A DNA stretch of 64,000 nt from the human T2T-CHM13v2.0 reference genome, Homo sapiens (GCF_009914755.1 NC_060926.1), one strand, 5' to 3'. Shown: positions 15,832 through 30,324, numbered from the stretch's first letter. Translations and numbers: made by a program. The notes: generated by a model not told the origin, from the sequence alone.

Positions 15832-17072
15832 CACAAAATAAAGCTCCAGATCACCTCTGAAATATGGAATCCCTAGAAATTTGGGGACAGCATGCGGTAG
15901 AAAGAGTGTGGACTTTGGAGTCCAGGCAGATTAGGCCTTTGTCCTCTGCTTTGCCCTTTGCCTTGATTTGAGTCTTGCTTTCCTCCTCTGGAAAACGGAC
16001 AAGCATCCTGCCTCTCAGGGGTGCTGTGAGCATGAAATGGAGCTGTGATGTGAAGCTCTGAGCCCTGGGCTCAGGCAGTTTCCAGGATATGGAAACTGTT
16101 TTCCACAGAATTCCCGGCCCACAGAATCAATAAAGCGCTGCTGTTAGTGTTGTTTGCCTGCCCCAGCACTTATCCTTCGGCTGGATGACAGGCAGAGCAT
16201 GTGAATCGCAAAGCCAGCTTCGATAGTGCTAATGCGCTTAGGATAATGCGGCCACAGCTGAAGGCCTGAGCAGCCCCTCTGGGGACCCAGGAGAGCCCTT
16301 GATGTGGTTTTGATGTGGCCACAGCCCTGGCATTTACTCAGGTGATGAAGAGCTGGTTGGCAGATTCAGCTGGCTTCTGGGTTTTCCGGGGTTTAGAGAG
16401 GGTTGGGGGCCTTGGGAAACCAGATATGGGGGCTTATCACTGGAATGGTCTGTGCAGAGCTTGCTGGTTCACAAGCACGTTCATGCCTCTGCTGCTGGTC
16501 TCGTCCTGAGGTTTGGCATCCGGGCACCGGGGAGGCTGTGCTAGGCTTCTCCCCTGCCAGCTGTCTTGTCTGCCAGCATGCTTCATGTGAGAGGGTCTTG
16601 ATTTCCCTCCCCAGTAGTTTTTCTCTGTATTTGTGTGGACTTCCATAGGTGGTGATGTGGATAAATGCAGTATTACTATAGTTACTATTTGTCACCTGCC
16701 TGCCTACAGGTAGGCACTTTATGTATATTATCGAATTTCTAACAATCTGGAGAGGTTGGTTCAGCATTTTTATCCTTACTTTATGGGTTTGGAAAAGGCT
16801 CAGAAAGGTCGGGTGGCTTCCTCATGCTGACACAGTTGATGGGGGCAGGATTGTAACCAGGCGTGCCTGCCTCTTTCCTGTTCCCTGGGCTGGAGGAACC
16901 ATTATGATTGTCAGAGATTCTGCATATTTCTGCCTTTGCGTGCCCCTTTCTCCATAAAAAATATTTAAAAATTATAGTTTCTGACTGGTTGGTATAAGCA
17001 CAGATATAAACCAGGTTGGACATATTCATATATTTTCTACTAATGTTAAAAGAAGCTAACACATTTTCATAG

Positions 17073-17552
<480 letters not shown>

Positions 17553-17663
17553 AGATGGATCTGAAATGGGCAATTATTATTTATCTTATTTTTTTGATGG
17601 ACTATTCTCCTGGTTACTTTCCCCCTTAGAGTTCCAGATGTACATGGTATATTTTGAAGTAGA

Positions 17664-17669
17664 AATAAA
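17664..17669 (+). terminator. TOGARAM2: TOGARAM2 polyadenylation signal AATAAA
   Basis: AATAAA 112 nt after the stop codon, followed by T-rich downstream sequence. Confidence 0.8.
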
Positions 17670-19813
17670 AGAATTACTTATTTTTCTAAGGTTTTATTAT
17701 CTTGTACTTTTTTAATCACAGAGAATTTTCCAGTAACTAGGTTTGTGATGAACGAAATGAAATGTGACAGCAGCAAAACCAGTTGCAGACAATGTTGAGA
17801 CAAAGAGTTAGGAAGAAAAAGGGTAGCACAGCCCTGCAAGCTGCAGCCCGCTCGAGACGATAGTCGCCCATCTGTGAGCTGCTGGGCAAGCCCTCCTGAA
17901 ACCCGCAGCCCGAGTTGGTCATCGAATCCAGTCCATTTGTTATGGGCCTGATTGGAGGTGAGTGTAACAAACGTGTTCAGGGACATCGTGCTTCTGCCCT
18001 GCAAAAGCTGCAGCACGTGTCTGTTGGTCCTGTGGGAACCTTCTGATCGGCCCAGCTTATCAAAAGACAAGGGGAATTTGAGATTTGCATCACTAAAAGC
18101 CTTCTCTAGAAGTTGGAGTTCTGGCTAGTTCTGAAGAGGACTAGACAATGCTTTGCCATTGAAACACCCTAAATGGAGATGCATGTGGAGCGTAAAGTGC
18201 TACCAGTGTGCAGATGCTGCCGAGTCTCTGAAACTGCACAGGCTGCAATTGTGGGCCACATCACAAGGCTGGAGGGGTGAGTGGGCACAGCACGGGCCAG
18301 GACTTGTGGAAGCAGGGAAGGTGTTGGCCCCTGGGGGAACAGCCAGTGAAATGAAGTCCCGGCAGTGGAGAGGGAAGTCTGGGGCTCAGGCTCTGGACAC
18401 TTTAGGTAGGAGTGGCTCTGCCTTGGCTGGGGCCAGTGGCAGGTTAACAACTGTGTGACCAGAAAGAGTTAGAGCTAAGGCCATGACCTCAAATGCACAG
18501 GCAAGGCAGGCCTGGTAAGGCAAAGGCTGAAGGGGCAGCATCCCAGCTCTTGCAGGGGAGCCCAGCCTGCAGCCACGTGCTGGGGCAGATCCAGACGACC
18601 GAGGCCCTGAGGGCCCAGCCTCATGCCAGCAAGTTTTCTGGCAGACACCCCCCTCCCCTGCCCTTCCCCAGTGGAACCTCTTTCCACTGTCATCTGCCCC
18701 CCAGGCCTAACATCCATTCCACATCCCTGTTCTGAGCCTCTCCTGGGGAGTCTGGCTCTGGAAAGCCCCGAATCTACTCACTTATGTATTTCCATACCCC
18801 ACCAGGCTGAGGAAGCCACTTTCCCATCTTGCCTCTGTGGCAGGTGTAGTTAGTCCGGCCCCTCCTTACGCCCTGGGGTGAGGTTGGGCCTGTGAGTCAT
18901 CCCGGGCCTTGGGCTTGTCATAGGCGGCTTAAGAGTGACTTTGGGTAATTCTAGCCCAGTGAGCTGCTTCTCACCTGATTGTGACCCCAGCAGGGGCTTC
19001 CCTGCGACCATCTAGCTCTTTGTTGATTCTGATTGAACCAGGTTAAAGGCCTGCTAGACAGGCAGCCATCCAAAAATGCCCAAGAGGCTGACAGTAAATG
19101 TTTTAAGTGTTGAACAATTTAATGAATTGCATTTGCCTGTCATCTGAGCAAATGTTTTTGGTTTGGTGAGGAGACTTGCATTTTCTGCTTTTATCCTAGA
19201 ATGTATCAGAACATTTCAGGGTTTTTTAGATCCCTAGGAGGCCAGGGACGTAGAGTCTGGCAAGGATTTTGACGGCAGAAATGAAGCTTAGCAGTACTGT
19301 CCTGTCTTCCTGCCTTCCATGTGTGTTCTCACACAGGAAGCTTCCCATCCCATGGGCCTCCACCCACTCTCAGGGGCGGAGGCATTGAAAACAGCTGAAA
19401 ACAGTGGAAAAGTGCAGAATACATCTTTGCACTGTTCTCTTTTCCCTCATTATTTCAGGTTTTATTAACCACACCTGTGGTGTGACGCTGCTGGGAGGCA
19501 CTGGGTGGCTCTGGTGTACCTTGAGAAATTTCCATCTCCAAAGACTTCCTTACCTCATTACTTTTAAAATGAAGGGAAGACAGCATGTTGGTAACCTGGC
19601 CCTGGGCCTGTTGGGAATACCTGTGGGAATCTAATGGGATGGCCTGTCATGGGACATGAAGATTTTCCTAAGAGCTGGGGCTGGAGCTAAGCCCACACAT
19701 ACTTTGCTTGGTTCTGTGTGTGGCCAGGAACTCCACTTACATGAGATGCTCTTGGGGGTGGGAATACAGCCTCTAATGATGGAAGATTCTCTCTCTCTCA
19801 ATCTCTCTCTCCA

Positions 19814-20897
19814 TGTAACAAAAATGCAGGTGCAGTCACTCACTGCTTGCAGACTCCAGTGAACAAAAGGGAGGCCTGGTATAAAGAAACTGACTTTTTA
19901 TTCCAAAGCTAGTTTAGGGGAAGAAGCTGCCTTGAAGGGTACTGTGTGGTTTTTGGAGCAGAAAGTGGGCACTTTTAAAGGAGTGGGGGGGGGGGTGCTG
20001 GCACGAATGGCATGCAGGAGAGGAAGCGGGCAGGTGGGGGAGTCCACATACTTGCTTTGATGACTTATGTAACGGGTGGTCAAGTTGGCATCTTCGTGGG
20101 CAGAACTAGGTTGTAAAGTGGCTGAAGCTCTCCGGGTGGGAGGGAGTTTCATAGTGGGCATATTTTGGGTTATTAATTGACTGTTGTGTCTCCAGGCAGT
20201 TTCCTGGTGGGTGCAAGTTCTGCTCTAGAGCTTCTAAGCACACAGTTAGATGAGCCTGCCCTGGAGGGAGTGTCTGGTAAAGGGGAGGTAAAAGGTTATA
20301 GTTGCATTTCTTTTATATATATATATATATATATTTATTTATTTATTATACTTTAAGTTCTAGGGTACATGTGCACAACATGCAGGTTTGTTACATATGT
20401 ATACATGTGCCATGTTGGTGTGCTGCACCCTTAACTCGTCATTTACATTAGGTATATCTCCTAATGCTGTCCCTCCCCCCTCCCCCCACCCCACAACAGG
20501 CCCCGGTGTGTGATGTTCCCGTTCCTGCGTCCAAGTGTTCTCATTGCTCAATTCCCACCTATGAGTGAGAACATGCGGTGTTTGGTTTTTTGTCCTTGCG
20601 ATAGTTTGCTGAGAATGATGGTTTCCCGCTTCATCCATGTCCCTACAAAGGACATGAACTCATCATTTTGTATGGCTGCATAATATTCCATGGTGTATAT
20701 GTGCCACATTTTCTTAATCCAGTCTATCATTGTTGGACATTTGGGTTGGTTCCAAGTCTTTGCTATTGTGAGTAGTGCCGTATAGTTGCATTTCTAAAGG
20801 GCTAAGTAGGAAGTGGGGAACAAGGGGAAATGGGGAAAAGAGAAGAGAAATAATTTTAAAAACTCGTTTTCTTAGAAAAATGAGTGTACTCAGTTCA
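19814..20897 (-). mobile_element. Solo ERV LTR (family uncertain) split by an L1PA insertion
   Basis: Begins tgtaac and ends ...cagttca; minus-strand AATAAA near 19897; sequence is continuous across the L1 TSD. Confidence 0.55.
20312..20780 (-). mobile_element. 5'-truncated L1PA (PA4-like) 3' end
   Basis: ORF2 C-terminus (MIDWIKKMWHIYTMEYY...) plus 3' UTR and an (AT)n/(TTTA)n tail. Perfect 15-bp TSD tatagttgcatttct at 20297-20311 and 20781-20795. Confidence 0.96.
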
Positions 20898-21009
20898 GAG
20901 TGAGACTCATAGACAGAAGACTTGTCTGAGAGCTGTAACTGCCAGGATTCCCTTTTACATCAAGGAGAATTTTTTTGAGATTTTAGGAAACTTTTCCTAT
21001 AGGTCCCAT

Positions 21010-21668
21010 TGTGGCAGGCCAGGTATCACTAATGCAGGCATCCATAACAACTGTTTCAATACTGACTGAGTGGTTAAGTTAAACATTAAAAGCTGAGAGA
21101 GCTGGTGGCCTTATACAAAGGCTGGAATGTAACAAAAGCCCACCAAGAGTTTGCCTAGGCCTTTGCTGGGCCTTGAAGCATGATGAGATAATGAAGGAAT
21201 TCTTAGTGGGACCTGTTTAGGATTAAACAAGCTTTACTGGGTGTCTGAAGAAACTCCCCAGGCCTCCAAAAACAAGTTTATTGGAGGTCTGAAGGAACTC
21301 CCCAAACCTTCAGGATTTAGCAGGAGACAAGATAAGGGTAATCACCCCAGCACCTGGACCCATTTAGATTAAGTAAATCTATTGAGGCTCCAGAGGAAGG
21401 TCTTCAGGACTTAGATGTTAGCTACAGATTAAAAGAAATTAATCGCTTATGTCTTTAGATGAGTGCACACTTACACATAGACATGTAGCTTAGAAGATAT
21501 GTAAGCTCTGGAAAACTTTGTAATTTGAGTTGGTCTGGCGATATTTTCCAGGCCTTCTCCCTGTAACCGGTTATGGAAATAAAAAACTCTCTTCCTCCCC
21601 AGTTCATCTGCATCTTGTTACTGGGCCACGAGAAATAGCAGCCCAACCCTCAGTTTGGTCCAGGAACA
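21010..21668 (+). mobile_element. Solo ERV1 LTR (MER39-like)
   Basis: tgtggcaggccagg...ggtccaggaaca, with AATAAA near 21578. Family by recollection. Confidence 0.7.
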
Positions 21669-22639
21669 AAATCTCTCATCTTGTTTTCTCCTCCCTTTAT
21701 TATCTCCTACCTGCTGAGATAATAAACGTTTCTACCCTCTCACTGTGCTTCGGAATCATCTGGCAAGACTTAAAAAATACTGAGGTCTACCCCCACCCCA
21801 CAGGGATTTTGATTCACTTGGTCTGAGGTGAAGCCTAGGCAGCTGTATTTTTTTTTTCTTTTAACTCCAGGTGATTCTAATGGCTGGGTGAATTCAAAAA
21901 CCACAATAAAATATCAGATAAAAAAGGAAACTGGCCATGGCTTAGGCCCTGTGGGCTCCTGGCCTGCCAGCTCCCCTTACCTCACAGCCCTAGAGTATTC
22001 TGGGGTTGACGGTAGAAACTGAGTCCAGGCTCTGGAGTCAGGCCTGTGGCCTGCTGGCGTGTGGCTTGGGACCCATCTATCAACCTCTCTGATCTTTCCA
22101 TATCAATCTAGTGTGTGGATGACATCAATGCCCACCTACACCTGGCTGTGGTGACGATGACTGAGAACATTCTCATAAAGCATTTAGCATAAGGCCACGA
22201 AAACAGGGAGCTGTTCTGCTTGGGGCCTGCCATTTCTCCAGCTGTCTTACCCTTTCTCCAGACGCCCTCAGAACCATCCCTCCCCCCAGAGAAGAAAACC
22301 CAGAAGCTCTTCTCTCCTTGTGGCTGTTCCTTCCCCTCCACTCTTCTGACTCTTGAGACTGGAGAGGGGATGATTTGCAGGGGAGCAGAGTGCTTTCTTG
22401 CCTAAAGCATTTTCCTCTTATTATAACTTGGTTCTGCCATTAGGAAAAGAAAGGGGGAAATGACCATAAGTCTCCTGCTCTCCTTGTGATGGAGGGAGGA
22501 AGATGGGGGCCCAGAAAGGGAAGCCGAGAGGAAGAGCCAACCTCCTCATTAAATTCTGCAGTGTTCCAGGTCTGCCATTCTTCTTGACATCTTATAAGGA
22601 AGATATTATTTCTTCCATTTCCTGATGAGGAAACTGGGC

Positions 22640-22810
22640 CTCAGCGATGCTTAATGAATAACCGCAGCCAGTGCACAGGAATCACCTGGGAATCTTGGTA
22701 AAGTTCAGATTCTGCTTCAGCAGGTCTGGGTGGGGCCTGAGAGTCTGTATTGTTCAATTCCCAGGTGAGGTCAATCCTGTGAGTCTGGCAGGGACCACAC
22801 TTTGAGGCGT
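22640..22810. mobile_element. MER5A (hAT-Charlie); further MER5 remnants near 21720-21900 and 23290-23690
   Basis: gaatcacctggg...cagattct...aggtctgggtggggcctgaga...ggaccacactttgag motifs. Confidence 0.7.
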
Positions 22811-24355
22811 CAGGTCCTAAGACAGCAAGAAAGTGGCTGAAACTTGGGTGTGTGTCCAGGCCTGTTTGACTCCAAAGCCCCTGACTTTCTGTTCCAGGAT
22901 GTTTTATGGCTCCAAGACATTTACCTCCCCTTGGGTCAGTTTGAGCCCTTTGAAATAAGCCACGGAAACCCCATGGATTTCTGGAGTTAGTCTGGTCCCA
23001 GAGTTTTGCTCCCAAAAGCTTCAGGGCAGAGAGGGTCTGCTTGGTCAGCTCTGATCATTAGGACATGCTGTGAACACTTGGCCTCTGGTGGGGACGGGAT
23101 TTGTGGACACAAATGAAGGCTACATGAGCAAAGTGTAGCCTATTCAGAGCTTGCTATAGCAAGGGAGCCTGCCATGACGACCTGAGTTTTGGCAGAGACT
23201 CATATGCAAGCAGAGGTAATGCTGCAGCTTCATAGTGGAAAAAGGGGAGACTTCAGGTATGCCCTGATTGGAAGCTGTTGGCCTGGGGACGCTGTAGGCA
23301 CGAAGTGTGGACTGTGGCTTGCTTGTTACAGTATCACCCACAGTGCTTGTTAAAGTACAGATCCCTGGGTTGTACTGCAGACCTACCGAATCAGAGCCTT
23401 GATCACTCAAAGTTGAGAACCTCTGTCACAATCTCAAAGCTTTCAGTGGTTATTAGGTTCCCAGGCTAGCCCACACCTGGGAGTCAGCATCCCTAAATCA
23501 GTCTTTACCAAATGTGGTTGATGAAAAGAATTGCTTGCGGGAGGAGAACGGGGAGAGAGAGACGGGAACAAGTGCTTTTTAAAAACTCAGACTCTTAGTC
23601 TCAGCTGTAGATCTGTTACTGGGGGGAAGGCCTGGGAATCTGCAAATTATCAAGCAGCTGATTCTGAGGATCAGGAAGCCTGGGAAGCAGCGTCCTAACT
23701 GCCTGCTCCCAGCCGGGTTCCAGACAGCACGGCAGCATCACTGTGTGCACAGATGCTCCTGGTGGGTGTTTCTGAGTCAGGGACCTCTTGGGGGCTCAGG
23801 TTTGCTCCTTATGATTACTGGGGTTTATTCAGGGGGCGTGCTGGTTTCGCCATATTCCGTCCCCTGGTGTTTCAGTGAAGCTGGCTGTAACATTTGAAGG
23901 CTTTGCTTTATTTTAATCACATCTTTATAATTACCTCGCTGTGAGTTGACAGCTGTTATTAACATCACCTTGGGTTCTCCTTGAGAATTTTTACATCCTT
24001 AAAGTGATGCGGCACTTCTGCAGCTGAAGTCAGAAGCCGTTAACTAAATAATCACTCTAAAATGTCACCAGGTTTTGTAAACATAGCCAATACTGTCCCC
24101 TTCCAAAGGAGGAAAAAAAATTGCTAGATAAATAATTTTCATGAAGGCAATTTGTTTCCCAGGGTCTATATTATTTTCTGTCTCATCCACTGGTTTTTGC
24201 CGCTGTGGGGCACTGGCAATAAAGAGCTGTCTCAAGAAGGAGGCCACGTCTGCTCCTGCCAATTTTCATCTGGAAGCCCACTTCAGGGTTCATGGCAATG
24301 AGAAGCAAAGATTTTTGGAAAAGACTTTTCTTTTTCTCTTAATGCTAGCAGCAGT

Positions 24356-24356
<1 letters not shown>

Positions 24357-24391
<35 letters not shown>

Positions 24392-24400
24392 GGTGGGTGG
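24357..24400. repeat. (TG)13 microsatellite followed by (GGGT)n
   Basis: Seen directly in the sequence. Confidence 0.95.
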
Positions 24401-24544
24401 AAAATGATGGGAGTGGTTGAGGTTCATAGAGGGAATTATTTTAAAAACTCTTGGAAACATTGTTTTGAGTTTTCATCCAAGCTAGTTTGAGGAATGGCTA
24501 GAATTTCAGCTGAACTTTGATTAGATATGAAAAGTAATGTCCTG

Positions 24545-24852
24545 GGCTAGGTGTGGCAGCTCACACCCGTAAACCCAGCACTTTGGGAGGCTGAGGTGGG
24601 AGGATTGCTTGAGTCTAGGAGTTTGAGACCAGTCTGGGCAACAGAGCAAGACCCCATCTCTACAAAAAAATAAAAAATCATAGCTGGGAATGGTGGTGCA
24701 TGCCTGCAGTGCCAGTTAATCAGGAGACTGAGGTGGGAGGATCACTTGAGCTTAGGAGTTCGAGGCTGCACTGAGCTACAGTGAGCTGATTGTGTCACTT
24801 CACTCCAGCCTGGGCGACATTGAGTGAGACCCTGTATCTTTAAAAAGAAAAA
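24545..24852 (+). mobile_element. AluJ
   Basis: Diverged dimer; imperfect TSD aaaa(g)taat(g/t)tcct. Confidence 0.9.
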
Positions 24853-27149
24853 TAATTTCCTATTTGTAAATGTTGGAGAAAATGGAGAATTTCTTCCATA
24901 GAAAGGTATGCTGTCTCCTTCCAGTACTGCCTCTATGGAATAATCTAGATCTTGCTTTCAGCAGGTATCAGGAGGAAGGCTGGCCAGGGTAAGAGGCCTG
25001 CTCTGCCCTCACTGGCAATGTATCTTTGGAGTGAGATCTTTTTTTCATGTGTAAAAGGTATTGAAAAAACACTTGCTTTGTCCATCTCATAGCGTCTTTT
25101 TTCCTCTAAAGATTTAATGAAACAATGTACATGATTGCATTTTGAAAAAGTAGAGTGTTACATACAAAGAAAGGTAGAATTATTAACTGGAGCCTCATCC
25201 CACACTGTGTGCAAAGCCTGCTGTTTAGCAGTGTTCAGAGTAATTGCCAGTCATCTATCTGACTGACTGACAAGCCTCATGACTCAACATGGGAAAGATG
25301 AGAGATTCAGAGGCTTAATTTGTTTTTTTCCATGTGGTATATTTGACATATGTACTTGCAATTGCAAGCAAATATTGTAAAGTCTTTTCTCTTCACTTTG
25401 AAAGACATGAAAACCTTCAAAGAAGGAAGTCAATTCTTGCTGAGTTTGACAGCTGTTTTTAAGTTTCTCCAAAGATCAAAGCGCAGCCCAGGAATGAGGG
25501 GGAAATGATATTGGCTTCTTTTCTCAATCGGGATCTTAAAGTGCGGAGGCAGCAGAGATGAACACTAAAGACCAAAATGGCCAGGATTATGAGTTCCGTT
25601 CCCCGAGGTGGCTCAAAAAGATGCCTTAGAAAAGACAGGTTTGCCCCTGTTGTGCAGATGGTAGGATAAATAGGCTGACATTATTATCACTGCTTTGCAG
25701 ATGAAGACACGGGCTCAGAGATGCCAGGTCACAGAGCCAGGGGATGGAGGTGTCATGACTCAGGCTCTGGTGTTCTAATTCCAACTCTCAGGAGCGTGAT
25801 ACCCTCTGGCTCCTGAGAATGCGTGGCCCATTTACCATACCCCTTGTTTCTTTCCCCTCCTGCTCTCTTCCTCCTCTTTTTCTTCTTCCTCCAATTTAGG
25901 CCAGTCAGCTTTATCTATGGGCATTAACTGAGCCCCGCCAGTGCTATCACTCCAGCCAAAACCGATTGCTGCCTCGTGTGCTAGACTTCAAGGCTGTCTG
26001 CAGTGACAGCATTCAGAAGCGGGTGACTAGATCAGTGGAATCCTAGAGCCACCTGATGCAGGGCCCACCGACCATTCACAAAGTTACTTTGTGAAGTCTA
26101 GGAGTGCGATCAAGCCTGCAGTGTCCAGGGTCCTTCCTAAAATTGAATTAGAGTGCTGAGTGAATTAACTGTTTGCTCCTCTTCTTGTGTGATGCATTTT
26201 TAATTACATTTCATAAAAACGTCTGGATGGATTGATGGAGCTTTAGTTAAACTTCAGGTAGGCAGGGGGAGTAGACGATGGTGCAGTATAACATGTTCTG
26301 TTAATACAGGCTCAGAACACATGTACTTTATGGCAGTTCAACTGAATCTTTGATGTAGGGCTACTTAAAAATATATTACCTTTGAAAAGATTTCCTTTGA
26401 AAGATAGAGTGGGTGCTTTAGCAGCCTGTAAGCCGTCAGCCAGACGATCAATTGACAAACACGTCAGCACTTATAATTCACTGCAGCGGCTCCCCTGATA
26501 CATGCAAAACACTGGTTTATTTCAGAAAAAGAATATATTTCTCAAAATCCCTTTCATTCACATTGTAAGGTTTATGAGGCAAGTCTTGTCAATCCTAGGC
26601 CCTTCACAATGAAAGAAAAGTCTCTTTGGTCTGTCTGCCCTGCGTTTCCTACAACATGGATTATTTTAGGCTCTGAACTGGGCATACGATGTGAGGAAGG
26701 AGAATAGATACGGCTTAAAGTAAACAGCAGCTCAGACCCCAGCCACGGAGGGAGGTTATATTTCATTTTGAAGATTGTATTTATACTTGCAAAAAGCTAT
26801 CACTGTTCTGCCAGAATATGATGTTTACTTTTTTTTTTTTTCTCCATGAATCCTTTTGATGGGAGCAGAAAATTCTGTTTTTTTCCCTGGGGTGGAACTG
26901 TTTACAGTGTCACTAAAGTGTTGGGTAAAGGGCTGGGCTCAGTACCTCCCTCTCCACAGCTCTGGGGTCTCCATGGTCGGGAAGATGAAAGCTGTGCTCC
27001 TCCAGAGTGGAGCTGGCCCGAGTGAGAAGATGGGTATGACATGTACCCCTTAGATTGATCTGTGGTGGGTTCCTCCTTCTCTGCATCCCGGACAGTCCTT
27101 GGTTTCTAACTCTATGAAGAAAAAGTATAGACTCATGGGTCTTCAATGA

Positions 27150-30100
27150 GTTGGGTTCATTGGCTTAATAATTTTTATTAAAACAAAAAGCAGAACAAAG
27201 AAAAACTGTCCTCCCTTCCCCCTTGGGCAAAGGAAGTGGATTTGGCCCAGCAAGGATACCATTCTTGGGTAGAAGGGAGATGGTGGGCGTGAGCAGCCCT
27301 TGTCTGAGAAGCTGTACAGCTGGGTTTGCCCCTCCTGCCACCAGCAATGCGTGCTCCAAGGCAGACTCAAGTTTGTGGAAGACCTGGTCTCTAGGGGGCA
27401 AAACTGACCAGATGCCACAAAACTGTTCCATTGTGGATTTAATTCCTTTTGTACAAAGTCTAATTCACATGTAATTTGAGCTAAGTCTGGTAGTTGGTAT
27501 GGTAGCCAAAAACACATCTTTGACCCGCCTGCTCCTATGTCGGCTCAGCACTGCTTCACCTTTGACCTAATTGACCCCCAGCCCCCAGCACCTTGGCAAC
27601 CCCTCCCCATCTTCCCTGGAGTGGGGGAAGCTGACTTGGAATTCCAGTAGCCTAGGGTTACTGGGCAACACAATGGTGTCACCAGCTCACTGTCCCGGCT
27701 GCCTGGGTCTGGTGGCAGCTGGGGGCTTTTATGACATCGCGTGTGGGGACCTATGGCAGGAGCCTCGCCCTGTCCTGGCACACGTTGGCCCCAAGCAAAT
27801 GTGGAGGTCCTCCAGAGGGACAAGGAGGCATCATGGGCATCTCCACAGCTGATGGCAGGATCCCGGGTGCCCTGTACCCCTTCGTCTGCTGCCTGCAATA
27901 TGGTGGGTGGGCACTTCCTGCTGCTTGCCAGCCTAGCCTGGCGAGGGACAACCTCTAGTCTCAGACAGCCTCCTGCCATGCATGCTCACGGAAAGCACCG
28001 TTGTTCATTCCGGACCCTTCCTGCGTGTTCTCCATGATACTGACCTCTTCTGTGGTGGAATAATCTGCCTGGCTCCCTGCTGCCGCTAGCTTGCATGGCC
28101 ACAGCAGGGGGCACTCGGCCACCCTTTCCACTTTCTACCCAGCCCTGGACTTTTAAGATGAGGCTCTTTACGGAAGGAGGCCTGGGCTGGAGACTCAGCC
28201 TTGCTTCCCCTCACTGCTGGGGTGGCTCCACTTCATATCCCGGTTCCAGTAATGAAAATGTGTATAATTCCTGGGGTTCCACCCCTCATGGTACCCCAGT
28301 TTTACCCACTGTGTCCCACTCCAGTCTCCCTGCAGCTGGGGAACAGCTTCGTTTCCTCGGACCTCCAGGAATCCTGCCCCTAAATCTGAGCCCAGGCAGG
28401 GCCCACTTTCTGAGCAGTCCCACCTGAAGCCACTTACTTGTGAGCTAGACCTCAAAGGCCGCTCACACTGTGTGTCTCCTGCTCACTCAGCTCAGTGCCC
28501 AGCTTACCTAAGGCTCACCCCATGGTGACCCAATGGTTGGTCTGCCCAACCATTTAGGGAGAATGCCCAGATCTCTGTCGGGCAAGTTTGCTGAACCTGG
28601 TCCATCCTCACGTGCTTACCTTGGCCCCTGCCCTGCCTGGGTGGCTGGACTTCCCTGCGTTACCTGCAGTCCAGGCAGCTCCTAAGTGTCCACCCAGCAG
28701 TGGGTGTGGCTTGGCTCTAGAATCGGCTGGCCTGGGCACTGCCTGAGCACTTCTCTGAGATGAGGGCGGCAACAGGAGCAAACGCGAGCAGACAGCTGGG
28801 TGTGTCCCTTTCCAGCAGAGGGGTGGGTTGTGGCCCCTCTTGGTAGTTTAATCAGCTGTTCTTTGGGTGCCTTTGAATAATAATTGGACAAGTCAAGGTG
28901 GGATTCATTTACTCAGAGTCATAGCCTCTCTCTGGGGGAGGTTGCTATAGTCCCTAGGGACCCAGTTTAACAAGTTTTTGAGCCCACAGTCCCAGCAAGA
29001 ATGGGTTTGAGGTCTATAATTACCCCAAACTTTAAAAATCAGCTTTGCAGCAGATCTGGAGGATCGTCCCTTTGCTGTACCCCAGTGGGTAAGAATTCTT
29101 GTCTTTTGCCAACCCATTGAGCCGGCATTGAATCACTCAATTACTGCAAAATCTTTTCTAAATAGAACGCACACCACAGCCTCCAGTGGAAGCATTCCAA
29201 GATCTGCAGCAAATATCTAGCTCATTGGCAGAAGCAGGTTTTTGGCATGAACAACTGTTTTTCACTTTGATTTCGACTCCAGCAGAAGTTCTGCAAGATG
29301 ACCTGGGAATAAAGTTGGCCAAGAAGCCTCCGAGGGGAGATCGGCGTGTGAGTACGTATGCCTCACCCACGCTATCTTCTGAGCTCCAGCACCCACGGCA
29401 TGTGGAGAATGGGCTGCCTTGTTTGGGAGGCTTGGTTTACCCTACTCCGTCGAGAAGCATGTAATGCGTAGGGCAGTGAGAGCATTTGCTACATGCTTAG
29501 GCCGAGAGGCAGCGTGGCTGGTATTGTGAGCTGTCAGCTTTAAGTTTACAGCATTGAAACTGAGCTTGGGAAGGAGGAGAGGACAGAGGACGGGTGGGGC
29601 TGTGTGTTTTAATCCTGGCTCACTCAGCCTTCTCATTTTGGGAGCCATGCACTTCTAAACAAAGCTCTCAATAGGGACTTTGTCAATGCTGTGCCGCTAC
29701 TTAACCTTACAACAAAGAAGCTTTGCGACCATTTGCGCACCCATGTCTGCTTTAGGCAGGTGGAGTGACGCAATAGTTACGGGCAATGGAATGTAATAAA
29801 AAGAGCAGAGAGATTCTAACACCAGACTCATCTGTGCAAAATTTTGCTCTATTCTCTTCTTAGCTGTATGACCTTCAGCCAGACACTTGAGGGGGCCTCT
29901 CCCCACACCTTCGGTTTTCATATGCGCAAAACTGAAGAATGCTATGTGCTTCATTCACTGTTGTGAGGCTTAAGTGATCTCAAGGAATGAACCCAGTTAA
30001 AACCCTATCAAGCATGCAACTATACATTCTCCACCCCCCACCCCACCCCAAATTAAGGCCAGCACTTGAAGCATTAAATACTGTCATTGTGGGGTCTAAA

Positions 30101-30324
30101 AGTTCTGGTTAACCTTTGAACCCCAAGGCAGAGCAAGATCTGGGACTGAAAACGGCGATTGTTTAAAATTCAGCAGACCCACTGGGCAGTGCACCTTCCA
30201 GGCCTTTCCAGGACACCTCAGTAGGAGTTTGGTTTGCCCATCATCTCTGGGTCAGGCTGGACACTTGGCTGTCACACTTGGCCTTCTGGGGTGACTGCGT
30301 GAGTGTGGCCCCCTCGTCAGCCTG
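27150..30324 (-). other. PCARE: PCARE 3' UTR (~3.2 kb; end approximate)
   Basis: Alu-free sequence from the stop codon to a minus-strand AATAAA at 27179-27174. Confidence 0.7.
27174..27179 (-). terminator. PCARE: PCARE polyadenylation signal AATAAA (a second candidate lies at 26521-26516)
   Basis: tttatt on the + strand at 27174-27179 and again at 26516-26521. Confidence 0.7.
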
